Positions 56,301 through 64,000 of a stretch of DNA of 64,000 nt are shown in pieces. The number at the start of each line of letters is the position of its first letter. Position 1 is the first letter of the stretch. The notes below the pieces were generated by a model. That model saw only the letters and a list, made by a program, of their open reading frames with translations. It did no database searches and was not told where the DNA came from. Source of the DNA: Cyanophora paradoxa CCMP329 (lineage: Eukaryota > Plantae > Glaucophyta). The stretch spans positions 310,001-374,000 of the forward strand of contig QPMI01000432.1 in assembly GCA_004431415.1 (NCBI GenBank), read 5' to 3'. A program made the translations under genes and the position numbers.

Positions 56301-59300
56301 CGCATCCCGACCTTGAGCTTCGCCCAGAAGCCCTTCGTCTTGGCGAGCTCCTCCTTGCGCAGCTGGTTCGGGGTCTTCATAAAGGCAGTGGCCTTGGCGG
56401 CGCGGAGGTTGCCCCAGCCGGCGCCGCCCTGCGCGCGGGCCGCCTTGGGCTGCAGCGCCTCCACCTCGGCGATCTTGGCGGCGGCCGCCATCTTCTCCTT
56501 GAAGGCGCGGCGCTGCTTGCGGTCGATCCACCAGCCGACGGCGCAGCAGACGAGGTAGAAGAGCCATAGCGCGCCGATGACGAAGATGCAGCCGGCGTTG
56601 TAGATGTCCATCGTGAGGAACAGCGAGGCGTCGCCGATGGGGTCCACCGAGTTGAAGGTGGGCAGGAAGTCCTCGGCGCCCTCGGTCTCCGTCGCGAAGT
56701 CGGTCAGGTGCCAGCAGAAGCAGACGGCCATGACCGTCCCGTTCGGCCCGTCCCGCGCGATGTCGCCCAGGGCGCAGCCCTTGCGCGAGAGGATCCCCGC
56801 CGTGTGGTTCACCCACGTGCACGCCGGCACGCCTGCGCGGGGAAGAAGAGTGAGCGCGGCGGAACAGAACGGAGGGACGAGCAAACGGAAAGAGACGCAC
56901 CGGTGGGGGAGACCTGGGGGACGTAGAGCACGACGGGCTCGGTGGAGGAGAAGGGGATCTCGGCGCCGGCGGCGTCGTGGAGGGTCAGCGACGCCACGTT
57001 GCTGCCGAGGCCCTTGGCGTTCTTGAGGAAGGTGAAGAGGTCCGAGGGCGTCTCCGCCTGCACGATGTCGATCGTGTTCGACGCCGCCTGGTCCGACTGC
57101 GTGAAGTCCGCCGCGCCCGAGGCGGCCCCACTCTCGCCGCCCTCGCCGGCCTGGCGGATGCGGCGGCCGTGGGCGTCCGTCGCGCCGCCGACGCTGCCGG
57201 CGGCGAGCGTCCCGTTGCCGAAGTCGCTGCCCGCGAGCTCCGCCTCGAGGCCCGAGAGGCGCCGGCGCCGCGCGGCGGCCACCGTCTGCCCCGCGTTCAT
57301 CGGCAGCTTCATGCTCGTCCCCTGCGCGCGCGCGCGCCGCCGCGTCGCGTCAGAGGCGAGTCGGCGCGGGCAGAGCGGAGCGGGGGGGCGCACGGGGAGG
57401 CCGTTGACGCCGGTCGTGTTGGTGACGGTGCCGCCGACGGAGGCGTCGTCGGCGCGCTGGCTCGTGATGGCGACGAGGGGCGTGGAGAGCTGCTGCGCGT
57501 TCTGCCCGGGCACCGCCTGCGCCACGATGCCCTTGGCCACCACGGAGGCCACCAGCGAGACGGTCTGCTGCGACCGCCGCACTTCCTCCTTCATCAGCGC
57601 CTCCTCCTCCTCCGGCGTCAGCGGCGCCGGCGTCGGCCCGGGCGCCTCCGTCGGCGCCGGCGCCGCAGTCGGCTGCGCCGGCGCCGGCGTCGGCGTCGGC
57701 GCCACAGGCGCCACAGGCGCGGCGGCGGCGGCGGTGGGCGCGGCGGTGGGCGCGGCTGTCGTGGAGTTGGACGCGGTGGAGTTGGACGCCGTGCTGTTGC
57801 TTGCCGTCGCGTTCCCGGTCGCGTTGGCCGCCAGCAGCGGCGTCGGCGTCGGCGTGACCTGCAGCAGGTGCCGCAGGAACGGCCGCCGCACGGCGCCCTG
57901 CGTCGCCGCGCCGCCGCCGCCGGCGCCGCCCGCAGCGCCCTCGCCCGACGGCGGGGCGGGGAGGACGGTTTCGGGGGCGAGGAGGAGATGGCGCAGGGGG
58001 GCAGCGCCCTTGCCCGAATTTTTGTTGTACTTTGCGGTGGCGACGTTGACGACGGAGATCTGGATCGAGGCGATGACGTTGTTGACGACGTTGACGACGG
58101 ACTGCGCGGCCGAGAACGGGATCGCCTGCACGGCCTTGGCGTTGGCCGCCGCGGTCTGCACCGCCTCCGTGGTCGTCGCGTTGGTGCCCGTCTCGTTGCG
58201 GGCCGTGTTGGTGCCCGACTTGGAGCCGCCGGTCACGGCCGACGTGAGGAGGCTGCCGACGATGTTGAGCGACGTCTCGCGCATGGCGGGCGTCAGCGTC
58301 TGCGGGTTGCCCGTGATGGCCGCCACCGCCGACACGCCGGCCGCCGCCGTCTCGCCCGTCACGACGGTCACCGTCTGCGTTGCCACCAGGATCGCCGAGA
58401 GCATCGTCCCGCGCACCGCCTGCTCCTTCGCCTTGTCCGCCGCCGTCGTGATCGTGCTGACGCCGGTGCCCGTGCCGCCGGCGCCCGTGCCCGTGCCGGT
58501 GCCGACCGAGACGGTGGCGCCGCTCCTGTCCGTCTGGACGCCGGCCTTGGTGTTGAGGACGCCGCCGATGGTGTTGGCGAGGAAGAAGACCGAGTCGAAG
58601 GAGCCGGTGTTCTTGAGGGCCGTCGCCTGGCCGGCGACGGCGGCGATCTTCTCGAGGGAGACGGTCACGGGCTTGCTCGTGATGCGGAGCGTCTCGACGG
58701 CGGCCGAGCCCGACTGGTCCACGATCGTCATGTTGAGCTCGATCTGGTTGTTGGGGAAGCCGCCGGCGGGGAAGGGCCCCAGCACGAACGTCGACTTCTC
58801 CTCCGGGGCGGCCGGGAAGTAGGCCACGGGCGAGGCCGGGGAGGTCCGGTAGGCGACCTGGTACTTGATGGGGAGGAGCTCGGGGTCGGCGGCCCACTGG
58901 TCCGCCCGGATCTCGAAGTAGGAGCTCAGCATGTCGCCCTCCGTCGCGTTCAGCTCGACGAAGCCGCCCGACGGCGGCACCGCCACGCGCACGAGCAGCC
59001 GCGCCTGGCCCACGCCCGTCTGCGGCCCCGGCCCGCGCGGCGTGAGCGACGGAGGCGGGGCGGCGGGGCGGGGCGGGGCGGGCGGGCGGGTCGCACGGTG
59101 TCGTCGGCCCAGAGCTTGGCGAGGACGGCGGGCGAGGCGGCGGCGTTGGCGGCGGCGCCGGCGGGGTTGACCTTGGCCTTGAGCTGGAAGGTGTAGGAGG
59201 CGCCCGGGACGAGCGCGCCGGCGCGGACGACGAGCGAGCTGCGGTAGCGGTCCGGCACGAGGAGGACGGCCGGGTCGTCCAGGTCGATCACCGACTTGGG

Positions 59301-62300
59301 CTGGTTCAGCACGCTCCAGCGGTACGCGAAGACCGCGTTCGGCTCCCCGGGGATGTTCGACGAGCCCTGGAGCTGCGCGCGCGCGCGGGGCGGGCCGGGG
59401 CTCAGCCTTAGACAGAGTCCACGTTGTGGGCGGGGGCGGGCGGGGGCGGACGCGGAGGTCGTCGTTGGCGTTGGCGCGGGAGGTGCGCAGGGGCTGGATG
59501 GCGACGATGGGGACCGTCTCGACCTGCTGCTGCCCGGCCGTCTCCACCACGCGCGGCTTCACGCGGATCTGCACGAACGTGCTGTCCCGCCGCGGCACGC
59601 CCGCCCCGCCTTTCGTGATGGTCACGTTGAAGAGGTACCTGCCGGCGGCGGCGGCGGCGGCGGCGGCGTCAGGGGCGCTCGAGCTCGACGGAGGGGGAAC
59701 GCGGGCGGGCAGAGCGGAGCGGTCGAGCGGGCGGGGCGCACTCGCGGTTGTCGAGGAGGTCGCCGGCGGCGATGACGAGCTGCGAGCGGAAGCCGCGCGC
59801 CGGGTTCGGCTCCGTCGGGTTCGGCTCGTTGACGGGCGCGAGGGGGTTGACGGAGCAGGTGGCGGCGCCCGTGGCGCAGGCGCAGGGGGCCTTGCTGGCG
59901 AGGTCCGTGCAGCTCCAGACGAAGCCCCAGGTCTCGCCGTCGACCGAGTCCGGGTCGAGGGGCACGGCCGTCACGAAGAAATTGTTCTCGTAGACGACCT
60001 CGCGGAAGTTGCCGCCCGTGATGCGCGCCGAGATGAGGTTCGGCTGCAGCCGCACCGTCACGAACGCGTCCGAGAAGAGCGTCGCGTTGCTGCGCTGCTG
60101 GCCCCGCAGCCGGAACGTGTACGGCTTGGCGACCGCCATCGCCGCCGTCGGGACGGCCATGCGGAGCGAGGCGGCGAGGACGGCGGGGCTCGACGCCGAC
60201 GGCGGGAGCGAGAGGAGGGGCACCTCGCTCGACGCGAGGGACCACGTGAAGTCGAGCGGGTTGAGGGCGGCGATCTCGGGCGCGATGCACGGGCTCTGCT
60301 CCGCGATCCCCGACAGGATGACGATGTCGTTGGCGACGAGCGGGTTGCGCCGCGCCGAGACGGTCGCCGAGCCGGCGATGGAGATCTTGGGGAGGGTCAG
60401 GCGCGTCTTCTCCACGCGGGCCGTCGCGAAGGAGGTGGAGCCGAGGAAGTTGGAGACGGCGACGGTGAAGGCGTACGTGAAGTCGAGGCGCATGAGGTTG
60501 GCGGGGATGGCGACGCGCGAGGCGTTGGGGACGAGGCCGGCGAAGATGGCGAGGATCTCCGTCGCGTTGGGCGCGTCGAACGCGACGCTCCACCGGAAGC
60601 GCAGCGGGCGCGCCGCGCCGCCGGACGAGGCGGAGGCGTCCAGGCTCACGCCGTCGCACTCGCCGATGCGGAGCGGGGCGTTGATGGAGGCGACCGTCTT
60701 GAGGGGGTTGGCGGGGAGGCCGAGGGCCTTGGCGCCGCGGGCGTCGGCGGAGCCCGGCTCGGCGCCGCGGATGACCTGGCGGCGGAGGCCGACGAGCTCG
60801 CCCGGCTGGATGTCGGCGTTCGTCCCGAAGACGACGGAGAGCATCGAGGCCGAGTTCCACGAGCAGCGGTGGCCGACGCCGAAGGCCTGCGACAGGGGCC
60901 GCAGCGGGCCGAAGCTCGCGTCGATCACGACCGAGCAGTTGAAGAAGGGCGCGAGGACGCCGCCGCGGTCCGTGTCCCGGTCGAACGAGATCTCGAGGCC
61001 GTTGCCGGCAGGCACGAAGGTGGCCGAGAGGAAGACGGGCGCCGAGGTCATCTGCACGGGGACGACGTAGGGCGAGCCCTTGATCGGCACCCCGTCCATC
61101 GTGACGGCGACGGTGAACTCGCCCGAGACGAGCGGCGTCCACGTCGTCAGGAACGAGGAGCCCGTCGGGTCGTCCGGGTTGACGGTCGGCTCCGTCGGGC
61201 CCCTGAACGGGACCAGGCCCTCCTCGATGTCCGCGGGGGCCGTGATCGACACCAGCACCGCCGGCGCCTGCTGCAGCCGCCGCGCAGCCGTGCTCGCCGA
61301 GGAGCGCGCGCGCCCGGTGGCGATGTTGCCGTACTCGTCGGCGACCCAGGTGACGAGCGGCTGCGCGACGCCGGCCTGCGCCTTGCCGCCGCCGTCGGCG
61401 CCGGTGCCGTTCGAGAAGGAGCCCTTAGGGGAGGGCGGGCCGGGCAGGAGGACGATGACGAAGGGCGAGCCGACGATGTGCTCGCCGCCGACGGTGACGT
61501 TGAGGTTGTAGGCGCCCACCGCCGTCACGTTCACCGACGTCGAGTACGTGCCGTCCGCGTTGGAGAGGGCCGAGTTCTGCACGAGCATGTCCGGCCGCGC
61601 AGGCGTCGCCACGCTCACGTCGAACGTCAGGACGAGGGCCGAGCCGTCGAAGACGAAGGGCGCGCGCCGCGGGTTGCCCCACAGGTCGGCCGCGATCACC
61701 CGCCCGTTGATGCCCGTCCCCGCCGAGTACTTCGGAGCCGCCGACGGGTCGTAGCCCTCCAGCCGCGAGTAACGCCCGCGGGGCCGCGAGGCCCGGATGG
61801 CGATCGGCGCGGGCCACGCGCTCGCGAAGAAGGGCAGCGCGTCGGAGCCTCGGAAGGCGCCGACGGGGAGCAGGGCCGTGCCGGTCTGCAGCGCGATCGA
61901 GAGCACGTACGTCCCCGAGACAGTGGCGTTGACGTCGATGCGGTAGAGGCCGCCACCCTGGTAGGCCCCGACGAACGTCGCCGGCCCCGGGGGCGCCGAG
62001 CTCGCCAGGTTGTCCGCCGCCTCGCCGCCCGTCCAGACGAGGGTCGCGACGAAGACGTCCCCGGGGGTCTCGCGGGCGTTGCCGTACGAGTCGGTGGCGA
62101 GGACGAAGTAGGAGGCGTTGACGCCGGCCCGCAGCGAGTCGAGGACGGCGGCGCCGGGGGCGCGCTGGCACGGGCTGACGACGTCGAGGAGGCCGACCTC
62201 TTGGGAGCACGTCTCGGCCACGTAGGAGCGGGAGGCGTTCGTCGCGCCGACGACGACGCGCAGCACGAGCGGCGCCCGCGGGGCGACGACGCCATCGATG

Positions 62301-64000
62301 GCGACGACGAGCTCGTAGGTGCCCTTGATGTTCGCAACGAAGGTCACGACGTAGGGCGATCCCGGGCCGTCGCGCTGCGTCGGGTTGCCCATCGGGAGCG
62401 CGACGCCCAGGTTGCTCGACGCGTTCCCGACGAAGGAGGCCGAGTAGGAGTTGTAGGGGCGGAGGTTCCCCGCCGAGTCGCGCACGCGGACCACGAAGCT
62501 CGACTCGCGGCCGGCCTCGAGCTCCGCCGCCAGCTCCACGAGCGTCTGCGACGGGTCGACGGGGCCCGCCGTGATGGTGATCGCGAAGGAGGCGACGTCG
62601 GCGACGGGCGCGCCGTTGATGGTGACGACGAGGCCGTAGGCGCCGGAGACGGCGCTCCTGTACGTGAAGGTGTAGTTGCCGTCGCCCACGTCCACGATCG
62701 GGCCGATCTCGAGGGCCGACGACGACGCCGTGACCACGACCGAGTCACCGCCGGCGCAGCGCGAGTAGTTGCCCGTGTCGAAGGCGCGGACGGCGAGGGT
62801 GCGGAGCTGGGTTGCCTCGGTGGAGAAGGGGCCCTCGAGGCGCGAGGCGGCCGCGGAGGTCCGCGCCGCGTCGCCGATGACCGTCACGTTGAGGCCGCGC
62901 GCAATGGAGACGCTCGTGCCGTCGGGCGAGGCGCGCCCGACGGGGATGCTGCGGAGGCCCGTCGCCAGGGCGCAGATGGGGTCGCCCGTCTGCAGCGGCG
63001 GGATGAGGACCGAGACGTTGCCGGCGCCCGTGTCCGAGGGCATCGCGTGCGCGTCCAGCAGCCGCGCGCCCGAGTTGGAGATCTGCACGCCCAGCAGTGC
63101 CGCCAGCTGCCGCAGGTAGTTCGTGCGCGTGGCGGCCCCGGCGAGCTGCGCCTGCACGCTCGCGAGGTCCTGCCCCGTCGTGAACGACACGTTGACGGCT
63201 GCCGCGGCGCGTCAGCGAAAGGCGAGGCGCGCACGCGCGCAGTCGGCCGCGTTGGCAAAGCGCACTTTGGAAGGCGCGGGCGAGGACGGTGACGGAGAGC
63301 GTGGCGGTGGCGCTGGCGCCGAGATCGTTCGAGACGGTGAGGTTGAAGAGGTAGCGCCCGCGCGTGTTGAGGTTCGTCAGCTGCAGGGGCGCCCCCGGGA
63401 AGACGGCCCCCGCGGGGAAGTCCGTGAACGTGAGGCCGTCCGCGGAGACCAGCGTGAGGAGGGAGCGGGGCGGCGCCTCCACAAGACCCCACTGCAGCGA
63501 CGTGATGGAGCCCGACGGGTACAGGTTCTGGTCGCGGCTCGCGCTGCCGAGGGTGAGGATCCAGGCCGGCATGTTGACCGTGGCCGCCGTCGCCGAGCCC
63601 GTCGCGTCCGTCGCGTCCACGCTGAAGAAGGCCCCGTCGCCCGCCGCCGTCGGCGCGATCACCGGGAGCGGCGGCAGCACGACTGCGGAGCGGGGCGCGT
63701 GAGGAGGGGCGGCGGCCAACGCAATGCAAAGCGAACGGCTGCCGCGGCGCACCGCGGGCGACGGTGACGAGGAACGGGCTGCCGGGCACGGCCACCCCGT
63801 TCACGAGGACGCTGACTTGGGCGGTGTAGCCGGCGAAGGACTTGATGTTCTGGGGCGTGTAGGAGACCTGCCAGAGTCCCTGCGCCGACTCGGCGACGGC
63901 GGGCGCCGCGGCGGTCGTCCCCACGAGGCTCGGCACGAAGGCGTCCGTGGGGCCGACGACCACCGAGGCCGTCACCGCGCTGGCGAGGGCGCCCTGCGTG
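53325..64000 (-). CDS. Giant polycystin-1-like membrane protein (Ig/filamin-like repeats, PKD/REJ, GPS, TMs, 3 IQ motifs); 5' part outside window
   Basis: Filamin-like DGTYSTSVNVTAVGAYNLNVTVGGEHIVGSPF; REJ-type SLDASAS...LRFRWS and GFVWSCTD; GPS CTW...GC...CFCWHLTDFA; TM; PYTRPRRLTCL; IQ motifs IQATYRG, LQRVWRG, IQSAWRG; PC1-like YLVILYGLKF...WL. Confidence 0.85.

Noticed and set aside
59426-63292. 1288-aa + strand ORF (also 56942-58822 and 56977-59196)
   Set aside because: Antisense shadows of the minus-strand polycystin-like gene. High GC suppresses stop codons and the products are Arg/Gly-rich with no domains.

Overview
Gene-dense, very GC-rich, intron-rich eukaryotic nuclear DNA. The six-frame ORF track is mostly intron read-through and antisense noise, so genes were rebuilt by manual splicing; exon joins are inferred, not transcript-confirmed. 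Plastid transit peptides with an N-terminal Phe, cilium-type genes and ~55-100 nt C-rich introns suggest a flagellate alga, probably a Cyanophora-like glaucophyte (inference). About 25 genes are present. Recognisable ones are NAA10, CNOT11, a UGT80/ATG26-like glycosyltransferase, plastid chorismate synthase, PTPDC1, LSM11, V-ATPase subunit H, isoaspartyl peptidase/asparaginase and the 3' part of a giant polycystin-1-like protein. The main novelties are: (1) two near-identical inverted copies of a 420-aa plastid-targeted, disordered protein with repeated GYSIA and INHGY motifs, a candidate Rubisco-condensate (pyrenoid/carboxysome-like) linker; (2) a protein with three tandem bacterial Rho-type RNA-binding OB folds separated by RS/RP-rich linkers and no ATPase, a candidate new splicing or RNA factor; (3) an unusual splice code (GTGCGC-like donors, many GC-AG introns, micro-exons); (4) a U7 snRNP-specific Lsm11 in an alga.
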